Shown here in pieces: positions 8,620 through 23,600 of a DNA stretch of 64,000 bases. A program made the translations under genes and the position numbers. The notes beneath the pieces were generated by a model. The model saw nothing but the letters and a program-made list of their open reading frames with translations. It was not told the origin of the DNA and did not search any database. This DNA comes from Macrostomum lignano (taxonomy: Eukaryota). How positions within the stretch are numbered: position 1 is the stretch's first letter; each line of letters opens with the position of its first letter. The DNA is taken from positions 1 through 64,000 of the forward strand of contig NIVC01003603.1 of assembly GCA_002269645.1 (NCBI GenBank), read 5' to 3'.

Positions 8620-11600
8620 TATCGTAGATTAAGGCAGACCCATCTTCTATCGTAGATTAAGGCAGACCCATCTTCTATCGTAGATTAAGACAGACCCATC
8701 TTCTATCGTAGGTTAAGACAGACCCATCTTCTATCGTAGATTAAAACAGACCCATCTTCTTCTACCGTAGATTAAGACAGACCCATCTTCTTCTACCGTA
8801 GATAAGACAGACCCATCTTCTTCTACCATAGATTAAGACAGACCCATCTTCTTCTACCGTAGATTAAGACAGACCCATCTTCTATCGTAGGTTAAGGCAG
8901 ACCCATCTTCTATCGTAGGTTAAGACAGACCCATCTTCTATCGTAGATTAAGGCAGACCCATCTTCTATCGTAGATTAAGGCAGACCCATCTTCTATCGT
9001 AGGTTAAGACAGACCCATCTTCTATCGTAGATAAAGACAGACCCATCTTCTATCGTAGGTTAAGACAGACCCATCTTCTATGGTAGATTAAGACATACCC
9101 ATCTTCTATCGTAGGTTAAGACAGACCCATCTTCTATCGTAGATTAAGACAGACCCATCTTCTACCGTAGATTAAGACAGACCCATCTTCTTCTACCGTA
9201 GATTAAGACAGACCCATCTTCTACCGTAGATTAAGACAACCCATCTTCTTCTACCGTAGATTAAGACAGACCATCTTCTTCTACCGTAGATTAAGACAGA
9301 CCCATCTTCTATCGTAGGTTAAGACAGACCCATCTTCTATCGTAGATTAAGACAGACCCATCTTCTATCGTAGGTTAAGACAGACCCATCTTCTATGGTA
9401 GATTAAGACATACCCATCTTCTATCGTAGGTTAAGACAGACCCATCTTCTATCGTAGATTAAGAGAGACCCATCTTCTACCGTAGATTAAGACAGACCCA
9501 TCTTCTTCTACCGTAGATTAAGACAGACCCATCTTCTACCGTAGATTAAGACAGACCCATCTTTTTCTACCGTAGATTAAGACAGACCCATCTTCTTCTA
9601 CCGTAGATTAAGACAGACCCATCTTCTATTGTAGATTAAGACAGACCCATCTTCTTCTACCGTAGATTAAGACAGACCCATCTTCTACCGTAGATTAAGA
9701 CAGACCCATCTTTTTCTACCGTAGATTAAGACAGACCCATCTTCTTCTACCGTAGATTAAGACAGACCCATCTTCTTCTACCGTAGATTAAGACAGACCC
9801 ATCTTTTTCTACCGTAGATTAAGGCAGACGCATCTTTTTCTACCGTAGATTAAGACAGACCCATCTTCTTCTACCGTAGATTAAGACAGACCCATCTTCT
9901 TCTACCGTAGATTAAGACAGACCCATCTTCTATCGTAGGTTAAGACAGACCCATCTTCTATCGTAGGTTAAGGCAGACCCATCTTCTATCGTAGGTTAAG
10001 ACAGACCCATCTTCTATCGTAGATTAAGGCAGACCCATCTTCTATCGTAGGTTAAGGCAGACCCATCTTCTATCGTAGGTTAAGGCAGACCCATCTTCTA
10101 TCGTAGGTTAAGGCAGACCCATCTTCTTCTACCGTAGATTAAGACAGACCCATCTTCTTCTACCGTAGATTAAGACAGACCCATCTTCTTCTACCGTAGA
10201 TTAAGACAGACCCATCTTCTTCTACCGTAGATTAAGACAGACCCATCTTCTTCTACCGTAGATTAAGACAGACCCATCTTTTCTACCGTAGATTAAGACA
10301 GACCATCTTTTCTACCGTAGATTAAGACAGACCCATCTTCTTCTACCGTAGATTAAGACAGACCCATCTTCTTCTACCGTAGATTAAGACAGACCCATCT
10401 TCTATCGTAGGTTAAGACAGACCCATCTTCTATCGTAGATTAAGACAGACCCATCTTCTATCGTAGGTTAAGACAGACCCATCTTCTATCGTAGATTAAG
10501 ACAGACCCATCTTCTATCGTAGGTTAAGACAGACCCATCTTCTATCGTAGATTAAGACAGACCCATCTTCTACCGTAGATTAAGACAGACCCATCTTCTT
10601 CTACCGTAGATTAAGACAGACCCATCTTCTACCGTAGATTAAGACAGACCCATCTTTTTCTACCGTAGATTAAGACAGACCCATCTTCTTCTACCGTAGA
10701 TTAAGACAGACCCATCTTCTATCGTAGATTAAGACAGACCCATCTTCTTCTACCGTAGATTAAGACAGACCCATCTTCTACCGTAGATTAAGACAGACCC
10801 ATCTTTTTCTACCGTAGATTAAGACAGACCCATCTTCTTCTACCGTAGATTAAGACAGACCCATCTTCTTCTACCGTAGATTAAGACAGACCCATCTTCT
10901 ATCGTAGGTTAAGACAGACCCATCTTCTATCGTAGATTAAGACAGACCCATCTTCTATCGTAGGTTAAGACAGACCCATCTTCTATGGTAGATTAAGACA
11001 GACCCATCTTCTATCGTAGTTAAGACAGACCCATCTTCTATCGTAGATTAAGACAGACCCATCTTCTACCGTAGATTAAGACAGACCCATCTTCTTCTAC
11101 CGTAGATTAAGACAGACCCATCTTCTACCGTAGATTAAGACAGACCCATCTTTTTCTACCGTAGATTAAGACAGACCCATCTTCTTCTACCGTAGATTAA
11201 GACAGACCCATCTTCTATTGTAGATTAAGACAGACCCATCTTCTTCTACCGTAGATTAAGACAGACCCATCTTCTACCGTAGATTAAGACAGACCCATCT
11301 TTTCTACCGTAGATTAAGACAGACCCATCTTCTTCTACCGTAGATTAAGACAGACCCATCTTCTTCTACCGTAGATTAAGACAGACCCATCTTCTATCGT
11401 AGGTTAAGACAGACCCATCTTCTATCGTAGATTAAGACAGACCCATCTTCTATCGTAGGTTAAGACAGACCCATCTTCTATGGTAGATTAAGACATACCC
11501 ATCTTCTATCGTAGGTTAAGACAGACCCATCTTCTATCGTAGATTAAGACAGACCCATCTTCTTCTACCGTAGATTAAGACAGACCCATCTTCTTCTACC

Positions 11601-14600
11601 GTAGATTAAGACAGACCCATCTTCTTCTACCGTAGATTAAGGGAGACGCATCTTCTTCTACCGTAGATTAAGACAGACCCATCTTCTTCTACCGTAGATT
11701 AAGACAGACCCATCTTCTTCTACCGTAGATTAAGACAGACCCATCTTTTCTACCGTAGATTAAGACAGACCCATCTTTTCTACCGTAGATTAAGACAGAC
11801 CCATCTTCTTCTACCGTAGATTAAGACAGACCCATCTTCTTCTACCGTAGATTAAGACAGACCCATCTTCTATCGTAGTTAAGACAGACCCATCTTCTAT
11901 CGTAGATTAAGACAGACCCATCTTTTCTACCGTAGATTAAGACAGACCCATCTTCTTCTACCGTAGATTAAGACAGACCCATCTTCTTCTACCGTAGATT
12001 AAGACAGACCCATCTTCTTCTACCGTAGATTAAGACAGACCCATCTTCTATCGTAGTTAAGACAGACCCATCTTCTATCGTAGATTAAGACAGACCCATC
12101 TTCTACCGTAGATTAAGACAGACCCATCTTCTACCGTAGATTAAGACAGACCCATCTTTTCTACCGTAGATTAAGACAGACCCATCTTCTTCTACCGTAG
12201 ATTAAGACAGACCCATCTTCTTCTACCGTAGATTAAGACAGACCCATCTTCTTCTACCGTAGATTAAGACAGACCCATCTTCTTCTACCGTAGATTAAGA
12301 CAGACCCATCTTCTTCGTAGTTAAGACAGACCCATCTTCTATCGTAGATTAAGACAGACCCATCTTCTATCGTAGTTAAGACAGACCCATCTTCTATCGT
12401 AGATTAAGACAGACCCATCTTTTCTACCGTAGATTAAGACAGACCCATCTTCTTCTACCGTAGATTAAGACAGACCCATCTTCTTCTACCGTAGATTAAG
12501 ACAGACCCATCTTCTTCTACCGTAGATTAAGACAGACCCATCTTCTTCTACCGTAGATTAAGACAGACCCATCTTCTTCTACCGTAGATTAAGACAGACC
12601 CATCTTCTTCTACCGTAGATTAAGACAGACCCATCTTCTTCTACCGTAGATTAAGACAGACCCATCTTTTCTACCGTAGATTAAGACAGACCCATCTTCT
12701 TCTACCGTAGATTAAGACAGACCCATCTTCTACCGTAGATTAAGACAGACCCATCTTTTCTACCGTAGATTAAGACAGACCCATCTTCTTCTACCGTAGA
12801 TTAAGACAGACCCATCTTCTTCTACCGTAGATTAAGACAGACCCATCTTCTTCTACCGTAGATTAAGACAGACCCATCTTCTTCTACCGTAGATTAAGAC
12901 AGACCCATCTTTTCTACCGTAGATTAAGACAGACCCATCTTTTCTACCGTAGATTAAGACAGACCCATCTTCTTCTACCGTAGATTAAGACAGACCCATC
13001 TTCTTCTACCGTAGATTAAGACAGACCCATCTTCTATCGTAGTTAAGACAGACCCATCTTCTATCGTAGATTAAGACAGACCCATCTTCTATCGTAGATT
13101 AAGACAGACCCATCTTCTATCGTAGATTAAGACAGACCCATCTTCTATCGTAGTTAAGACAGACCCATCTTCTATCGTAGTTAAGACAGACCCATCTTCT
13201 ATCGTAGTTAAGACAGACCCATCTTCTTCTACCGTAGATTAAGACAGACCCATCTTCTTCTACCGTAGATTAAGACAGACCCATCTTTTCTACCGTAGAT
13301 TAAGACAGACCATCTTCTTCTACCGTAGATTAAGACAGACCCATCTTCTTCTACCGTAGATTAAGACAGACCCATCTTCTTCTACCGTAGATTAAGACAG
13401 ACCCATCTTTTCTACCGTAGATTAAGACAGACCCATCTTTTCTACCGTAGATTAAGACAGACCCATCTTTTTCTACCGTAGATTAAGACAGACCCATCTT
13501 CTTCTACCGTAGATTAAGACAGACCCATCTTCTATCGTAGATTAAGACAGACCCATCTTCTATCGTAGATTAAGACAGACCCATCTTCTATCGTAGATTA
13601 AGACAGACCCATCTTCTATCGTAGATTAAGACAGACCCATCTTCTATCGTAGATTAAGACAGACCCATCTTCTATCGTAGATTAAGACAGACCCATCTTC
13701 TACCGTAGATTAAGACAGACCCATCTTCTTCTACCGTAGATTAAGACAGACCCATCTTCTACCGTAGATTAAGACAGACCCATCTTTTTCTACCGTAGAT
13801 TAAGACAGACCCATCTTCTTCTACCGTAGATTAAGACAGACCCATCTTCTATCGTAGATTAAGACAGACCCATCTTCTTCTACCGTAGATTAAGACAGAC
13901 CCATCTTCTACCGTAGATTAAGACAGACCCATCTTTTCTACCGTAGATTAAGACAGACCCATCTTCTTCTACCGTAGATTAAGACAGACCCATCTTCTTC
14001 TACCGTAGATTAAGACAGACCCATCTTTTCTACCGTAGATTAAGACAGACCATCTTTTCTACCGTAGATTAAGACAGACCCATCTTCTTCTACCGTAGAT
14101 TAAGACAGACCCATCTTCTTCTACCGTAGATTAAGACAGACCCATCTTCTATCGTAGTTAAGACAGACCCATCTTCTATCGTAGATTAAGACAGACCCAT
14201 CTTCTATCGTAGATTAAGACAGACCCATCTTCTATCGTAGATTAAGACAGACCCATCTTCTATCGTAGTTAAGACAGACCCATCTTCTATCGTAGATTAA
14301 GACAGACCCATCTTCTATCGTAGATTAAGACAGACCCATCTTCTTCTACCGTAGATTAAGACAGACCCATCTTCTTCTACCGTAGATTAAGACAGACCCA
14401 TCTTCTTCTACCGTAGATTAAGACAGACCCATCTTCTTCTACCGTAGATTAAGACAGACCCATCTTCTTCTACCGTAGATTAAGACAGACCCATCTTTTC
14501 TACCGTAGATTAAGACAGACCCATCTTTTCTACCGTAGATTAAGACAGACCCATCTTCTTCTACCGTAGATTAAGACAGACCCATCTTCTTCTACCGTAG

Positions 14601-17600
14601 ATTAAGACAGACCCATCTTCTATCGTAGATTAAGACAGACCCATCTTCTATCGTAGATTAAGACAGACCCATCTTCTATCGTAGATTAAGACAGACCCAT
14701 CTTCTATCGTAGATTAAGACAGACCCATCTTCTATCGTAGATTAAGACAGACCCATCTTCTACGTAGATTAAGACAGACCCATCTTCTACCGTAGATTAA
14801 GACAGACCCATCTTCTTCTACCGTAGATTAAGACAGACCCATCTTCTACCGTAGATTAAGACAGACCCATCTTTTCTACCGTAGATTAAGACAGACCCAT
14901 CTTCTTCTACCGTAGATTAAGACAGACCCATCTTCTACCGTAGATTAAGACAGACCCATCTTTTTCTACCGTAGATTAAGACAGACCCATCTTCTTCTAC
15001 CGTAGATTAAGACAGACCCATCTTCTTCTACCGTAGATTAAGACAGACCCATCTTCTTCTACCGTAGATTAAGACAGACCCATCTTCTTCTACCGTAGAT
15101 TAAGACAGACCCATCTTTTCTACCGTAGATTAAGACAGACCCATCTTCTTCTACCGTAGATTAAGACAGACCCATCTTCTTCTACCGTAGATTAAGACAG
15201 ACCCATCTTCTACGTAGATTAAGACAGACCCATCTTCTACCGTAGATTAAGACAGACCCATCTTCTTCGTAGATTAAGACAGACCCATCTTCTATCGTAG
15301 ATTAAGACAGACCCATCTTCTATCGTAGATTAAGACAGACCCATCTTCTATCGTAGATTAAGACAGACCCATCTTTTCTACCGTAGATTAAGACAGACCC
15401 ATCTTCTTCTACCGTAGATTAAGACAGACCCATCTTCTTCTACCGTAGATTAAGACAGACCCATCTTCTTCTACCGTAGATTAAGACAGACCCATCTTCT
15501 TCTACCGTAGATTAAGACAGACCCATCTTCTTCTACCGTAGATTAAGACAGACCCATCTTTTCTACCGTAGATTAAGACAGACCCATCTTCTACCGTAGA
15601 TTAAGACAGACCCATCTTCTTCTACCGTAGATTAAGACAGACCCATCTTCTATCGTAGGTTAAGACAGACCCATCTTCTATCGTAGATTAAGACAGACCC
15701 ATCTTCTATCGTAGATTAAGACAGACCCATCTTCTTCTACCGTAGATTAAGACAGACCCATCTTCTTCTACCGTAGATTAAGACAGACCCATCTTCTTCT
15801 ACCGTAGATTAAGACAGACCCATCTTCTTCGTAGATTAAGACAGACCCATCTTCTATCGTAGATTAAGACAGACCCATCTTCTATCGTAGATTAAGACAG
15901 ACCCATCTTCTACCGTAGATTAAGACAGACCCATCTTCTACCGTAGATTAAGACAGACCCATCTTTTTCTACCGTAGATTAAGACAGACCCATCTTCTTC
16001 TACCGTAGATTAAGACAGACCCATCTTCTTCTACCGTAGATTAAGACAGACCCATCTTCTTCTACCGTAGATTAAGACAGACCCATCTTCTTCTACCGTA
16101 GATTAAGACAGACCCATCTTCTTCGTAGATTAAGACAGACCCATCTTCTATCGTAGATTAAGACAGACCCATCTTCTATCGTAGATTAAGACAGACCCAT
16201 CTTCTATCGTAGATTAAGACAGACCCATCTTCTTCTACCGTAGATTAAGACAGACCCATCTTCTTCTACCGTAGATTAAGACAGACCCATCTTCTTCTAC
16301 CGTAGATTAAGACAGACCCATCTTCTTCTACCGTAGATTAAGACAGACCCATCTTCTTCTACCGTAGATTAAGACAGACCCATCTTCTTCTACCGTAGAT
16401 TAAGACAGACCCATCTTCTTCTACCGTAGATTAAGACAGACCCATCTTCTTCTACCGTAGATTAAGACAGACCCATCTTCTTCTACCGTAGATTAAGACA
16501 GACCCATCTTCTACCGTAGATTAAGACAGACCCATCTTCTACCGTAGATTAAGACAGACCCATCTTTTTCTACCGTAGATTAAGACAGACCCATCTTCTT
16601 CTACCGTAGATTAAGACAGACCCATCTTCTTCTACCGTAGATTAAGACAGACCCATCTTCTTCTACCGTAGATTAAGACAGACCCATCTTCTTCTACCGT
16701 AGATTAAGACAGACCCATCTTTTCTACCGTAGATTAAGACAGACCCATCTTCTTCTACCGTAGATTAAGACAGACCCATCTTCTACCGTAGATTAAGACA
16801 GACCCATCTTCTATCGTAGATTAAGACAGACCCATCTTCTATCGTAGATTAAGACAGACCCATCTTCTATCGTAGATTAAGACAGACCCATCTTCTATCG
16901 TAGATTAAGACAGACCCATCTTCTATCGTAGATTAAGACAGACCCATCTTCTATCGTAGATTAAGACAGACCCATCTTCTATCGTAGATTAAGACAGACC
17001 CATCTTCTTCTACCGTAGATTAAGACAGACCCATCTTCTTCTACCGTAGATTAAGACAGACCCATCTTCTTCTACCGTAGATTAAGACAGACCCATCTTC
17101 TTCTACCGTAGATTAAGACAGACCCATCTTCTTCTACCGTAGATTAAGACAGACCCATCTTCTTCTACCGTAGATTAAGACAGACCCATCTTTTCTACCG
17201 TAGATTAAGACAGACCCATCTTTTCTACCGTAGATTAAGACAGACCCATCTTCTTCTACCGTAGATTAAGACAGACCCATCTTCTTCTACCGTAGATTAA
17301 GACAGACCCATCTTCTATCGTAGGTTAAGACAGACCCATCTTCTATCGTAGATTAAGACAGACCCATCTTCTATCGTAGATTAAGACAGACCCATCTTCT
17401 ATCGTAGATTAAGACAGACCCATCTTCTATCGTAGGTTAAGACAGACCCATCTTCTATCGTAGATTAAGACAGACCCATCTTCTACCGTAGATTAAGACA
17501 GACCCATCTTCTACCGTAGATTAAGACAGACCCATCTTCTACCGTAGATTAAGACAGACCCATCTTCTACCGTAGATTAAGACAGACCCATCTTCTTCTA

Positions 17601-20600
17601 CCGTAGATTAAGACAGACCCATCTTCTTCTACCGTAGATTAAGACAGACCCATCTTCTACCGTAGATTAAGACAGACCCATCTTCTACCGTAGATTAAGA
17701 CAGACCCATCTTCTACCGTAGATTAAGACAGACCCATCTTCTTCTACCGTAGATTAAGACAGACCCATCTTCTTCTACCGTAGATTAAGACAGACCCATC
17801 TTTTCTACCGTAGATTAAGACAGACCCATCTTTTCTACCGTAGATTAAGACAGACCCATCTTCTTCTACCGTAGATTAAGACAGACCCATCTTCTTCTAC
17901 CGTAGATTAAGACAGACCCATCTTCTATCGTAGATTAAGACAGACCCATCTTCTATCGTAGATTAAGACAGACCCATCTTCTATCGTAGATTAAGACAGA
18001 CCCATCTTCTATCGTAGATTAAGACAGACCCATCTTCTATCGTAGATTAAGACAGACCCATCTTCTATCGTAGATTAAGACAGACCCATCTTCTATCGTA
18101 GATTAAGACAGACCCATCTTCTACCGTAGATTAAGACAGACCCATCTTCTTCTACCGTAGATTAAGACAGACCCATCTTCTTCTACCGTAGATTAAGACA
18201 GACCCATCTTCTTCTACCGTAGATTAAGACAGACCCATCTTCTTCTACCGTAGATTAAGACAGACCCATCTTTTCTACCGTAGATTAAGACAGACCCATC
18301 TTTTCTACCGTAGATTAAGACAGACCCATCTTTTTCTACCGTAGATTAAGACAGACCCATCTTCTTCTACCGTAGATTAAGACAGACCCATCTTCTATCG
18401 TAGATTAAGACAGACCCATCTTCTATCGTAGATTAAGACAGACCCATCTTCTATCGTAGATTAAGACAGACCCATCTTCTATCGTAGATTAAGACAGACC
18501 CATCTTCTATCGTAGATTAAGACAGACCCATCTTCTATCGTAGATTAAGACAGACCCATCTTCTACCGTAGATTAAGACAGACCCATCTTCTACCGTAGA
18601 TTAAGACAGACCCATCTTCTACCGTAGATTAAGACAGACCCATCTTCTACCGTAGATTAAGACAGACCCATCTTCTACCGTAGATTAAGACAGACCCATC
18701 TTCTACCGTAGATTAAGACAGACCCATCTTTTCTACCGTAGATTAAGACAGACCCATCTTCTTCTACCGTAGATTAAGACAGACCCATCTTCTTCTACCG
18801 TAGATTAAGACAGACCCATCTTCTTCTACCGTAGATTAAGACAGACCCATCTTCTTCTACCGTAGATTAAGACAGACCCATCTTTTCTACCGTAGATTAA
18901 GACAGACCCATCTTCTTCTACCGTAGATTAAGACAGACCCATCTTCTTCTACCGTAGATTAAGACAGACCCATCTTCTTCTACCGTAGATTAAGACAGAC
19001 CCATCTTCTATCGTAGATTAAGACAGACCCATCTTCTATCGTAGATTAAGACAGACCCATCTTCTATCGTAGATTAAGACAGACCCATCTTCTATCGTAG
19101 ATTAAGACAGACCCATCTTCTATCGTAGATTAAGACAGACCCATCTTCTATCGTAGATTAAGACAGACCCATCTTCTATCGTAGATTAAGACAGACCCAT
19201 CTTCTTCTACCGTAGATTAAGACAGACCCATCTTCTTCTACCGTAGATTAAGACAGACCCATCTTCTTCTACCGTAGATTAAGACAGACCCATCTTCTTC
19301 TACCGTAGATTAAGACAGACCCATCTTCTTCTACCGTAGATTAAGACAGACCCATCTTCTTCTACCGTAGATTAAGACAGACCCATCTTTTCTACCGTAG
19401 ATTAAGACAGACCCATCTTCTTCTACCGTAGATTAAGACAGACCCATCTTCTTCTACCGTAGATTAAGACAGACCCATCTTCTTCGTAGATTAAGACAGA
19501 CCCATCTTCTATCGTAGATTAAGACAGACCCATCTTCTATCGTAGATTAAGACAGACCCATCTTCTATCGTAGATTAAGACAGACCCATCTTCTATCGTA
19601 GATTAAGACAGACCCATCTTCTATCGTAGATTAAGACAGACCCATCTTCTACCGTAGATTAAGACAGACCCATCTTCTACCGTAGATTAAGACAGACCCA
19701 TCTTCTACCGTAGATTAAGACAGACCCATCTTCTACCGTAGATTAAGACAGACCCATCTTCTTCTACCGTAGATTAAGACAGACCCATCTTCTTCTACCG
19801 TAGATTAAGACAGACCCATCTTCTTCTACCGTAGATTAAGACAGACCCATCTTCTACCGTAGATTAAGACAGACCCATCTTCTACCGTAGATTAAGACAG
19901 ACCCATCTTCTACCGTAGATTAAGACAGACCCATCTTCTTCTACCGTAGATTAAGACAGACCCATCTTCTTCTACCGTAGATTAAGACAGACCCATCTTT
20001 TCTACCGTAGATTAAGACAGACCCATCTTCTTCTACCGTAGATTAAGACAGACCCATCTTCTTCTACCGTAGATTAAGACAGACCCATCTTCTACGTAGA
20101 TTAAGACAGACCCATCTTCTATCGTAGATTAAGACAGACCCATCTTCTATCGTAGATTAAGACAGACCCATCTTCTATCGTAGATTAAGACAGACCCATC
20201 TTCTATCGTAGATTAAGACAGACCCATCTTCTATCGTAGATTAAGACAGACCCATCTTCTATCGTAGATTAAGACAGACCCATCTTCTTCTACGTAGATT
20301 AAGACAGACCCATCTTCTTCTACCGTAGATTAAGACAGACCCATCTTCTTCTACCGTAGATTAAGACAGACCCATCTTCTTCTACCGTAGATTAAGACAG
20401 ACCCATCTTCTTCTACCGTAGATTAAGACAGACCCATCTTCTTCTACCGTAGATTAAGACAGACCCATCTTTTCTACCGTAGATTAAGACAGACCCATCT
20501 TCTACCGTAGATTAAGACAGACCCATCTTCTTCTACCGTAGATTAAGACAGACCCATCTTCTTCGTAGATTAAGACAGACCCATCTTCTATCGTAGATTA

Positions 20601-23600
20601 AGACAGACCCATCTTCTATCGTAGATTAAGACAGACCCATCTTCTATCGTAGATTAAGACAGACCCATCTTCTATCGTAGATTAAGACAGACCCATCTTC
20701 TATCGTAGATTAAGACAGACCCATCTTCTACGTAGATTAAGACAGACCCATCTTCTACCGTAGATTAAGACAGACCCATCTTCTACCGTAGATTAAGACA
20801 GACCCATCTTCTACCGTAGATTAAGACAGACCCATCTTCTTCTACCGTAGATTAAGACAGACCCATCTTCTTCTACCGTAGATTAAGACAGACCCATCTT
20901 CTACCGTAGATTAAGACAGACCCATCTTCTACCGTAGATTAAGACAGACCCATCTTCTACCGTAGATTAAGACAGACCCATCTTCTTCTACCGTAGATTA
21001 AGACAGACCCATCTTCTTCTACCGTAGATTAAGACAGACCCATCTTCTTCGTAGATTAAGACAGACCCATCTTCTATCGTAGATTAAGACAGACCCATCT
21101 TCTATCGTAGATTAAGACAGACCCATCTTCTATCGTAGATTAAGACAGACCCATCTTCTATCGTAGATTAAGACAGACCCATCTTCTACGTAGATTAAGA
21201 CAGACCCATCTTCTACCGTAGATTAAGACAGACCCATCTTCTACCGTAGATTAAGACAGACCCATCTTCTTCTACCGTAGATTAAGACAGACCCATCTTC
21301 TTCGTAGATTAAGACAGACCCATCTTCTTCTACCGTAGATTAAGACAGACCCATCTTCTACCGTAGATTAAGACAGACCCATCTTCTACCGTAGATTAAG
21401 ACAGACCCATCTTCTTCTACCGTAGATTAAGACAGACCCATCTTCTTCTACCGTAGATTAAGACAGACCCATCTTCTTCGTAGATTAAGACAGACCCATC
21501 TTCTATCGTAGATTAAGACAGACCCATCTTCTATCGTAGATTAAGACAGACCCATCTTCTATCGTAGATTAAGACAGACCCATCTTCTATCGTAGATTAA
21601 GACAGACCCATCTTCTATCGTAGATTAAGACAGACCCATCTTCTACCGTAGATTAAGACAGACCCATCTTCTTCTACCGTAGATTAAGACAGACCCATCT
21701 TCTTCTACCGTAGATTAAGACAGACCCATCTTCTTCTACCGTAGATTAAGACAGACCCATCTTCTTCTACCGTAGATTAAGACAGACCCATCTTCTTCTA
21801 CCGTAGATTAAGACAGACCCATCTTCTTCTACCGTAGATTAAGACAGACCCATCTTCTTCGTAGATTAAGACAGACCCATCTTCTTCTACCGTAGATTAA
21901 GACAGACCCATCTTCTTCTACCGTAGATTAAGACAGACCCATCTTCTACCGTAGATTAAGACAGACCCATCTTCTACGTAGATTAAGACAGACCCATCTT
22001 CTATCGTAGATTAAGACAGACCCATCTTCTATCGTAGATTAAGACAGACCCATCTTCTATCGTAGATTAAGACAGACCCATCTTCTATCGTAGATTAAGA
22101 CAGACCCATCTTCTTCTACCGTAGATTAAGACAGACCCATCTTCTTCTACCGTAGATTAAGACAGACCCATCTTCTTCTACCGTAGATTAAGACAGACCC
22201 ATCTTCTTCTACCGTAGATTAAGACAGACCCATCTTCTATCGTAGATTAAGACAGACCCATCTTCTATCGTAGATTAAGACAGACCCATCTTCTATCGTA
22301 GATTAAGACAGACCCATCTTCTATCGTAGATTAAGACAGACCCATCTTCTATCGTAGATTAAGACAGACCCATCTTCTATCGTAGATTAAGACAGACCCA
22401 TCTTCTACGTAGATTAAGACAGACCCATCTTCTACCGTAGATTAAGACAGACCCATCTTCTTCTACCGTAGATTAAGACAGACCCATCTTCTTCTACCGT
22501 AGATTAAGACAGACCCATCTTCTTCTACCGTAGATTAAGACAGACCCATCTTCTACCGTAGATTAAGACAGACCCATCTTCTACCGTAGATTAAGACAGA
22601 CCCATCTTCTACCGTAGATTAAGACAGACCCATCTTCTTCTACCGTAGATTAAGACAGACCCATCTTCTATCGTAGATTAAGACAGACCCATCTTCTATC
22701 GTAGATTAAGACAGACCCATCTTCTATCGTAGATTAAGACAGACCCATCTTCTATCGTAGATTAAGACAGACCCATCTTCTATCGTAGATTAAGACAGAC
22801 CCATCTTCTATCGTAGATTAAGACAGACCCATCTTCTACCGTAGATTAAGACAGACCCATCTTCTTCTACCGTAGATTAAGACAGACCCATCTTCTACCG
22901 TAGATTAAGACAGACCCATCTTCTACCGTAGATTAAGACAGACCCATCTTCTTCTACCGTAGATTAAGACAGACCCATCTTCTTCGTAGATTAAGACAGA
23001 CCCATCTTCTTCTACGTAGATTAAGACAGACCCATCTTCTACCGTAGATTAAGACAGACCCATCTTCTACCGTAGATTAAGACAGACCCATCTTTTTCTA
23101 CCGTAGATTAAGACAGACCCATCTTCTTCTACCGTAGATTAAGACAGACCCATCTTCTACCGTAGATTAAGACAGACCCATCTTTTCTACCGTAGATTAA
23201 GACAGACCCATCTTCTTCTACCGTAGATTAAGACAGACCCATCTTCTTCTACCGTAGATTAAGACAGACCCATCTTCTATCGTAGATTAAGACAGACCCA
23301 TCTTCTATCGTAGATTAAGACAGACCCATCTTCTATCGTAGATTAAGACAGACCCATCTTCTATCGTAGATTAAGACAGACCCATCTTCTATCGTAGATT
23401 AAGACAGACCCATCTTCTATCGTAGATTAAGACAGACCCATCTTCTATCGTAGATTAAGACAGACCCATCTTCTTCTACCGTAGATTAAGACAGACCCAT
23501 CTTCTTCTACCGTAGATTAAGACAGACCCATCTTCTTCTACCGTAGATTAAGACAGACCCATCTTCTTCTACCGTAGATTAAGACAGACCCATCTTCTTC

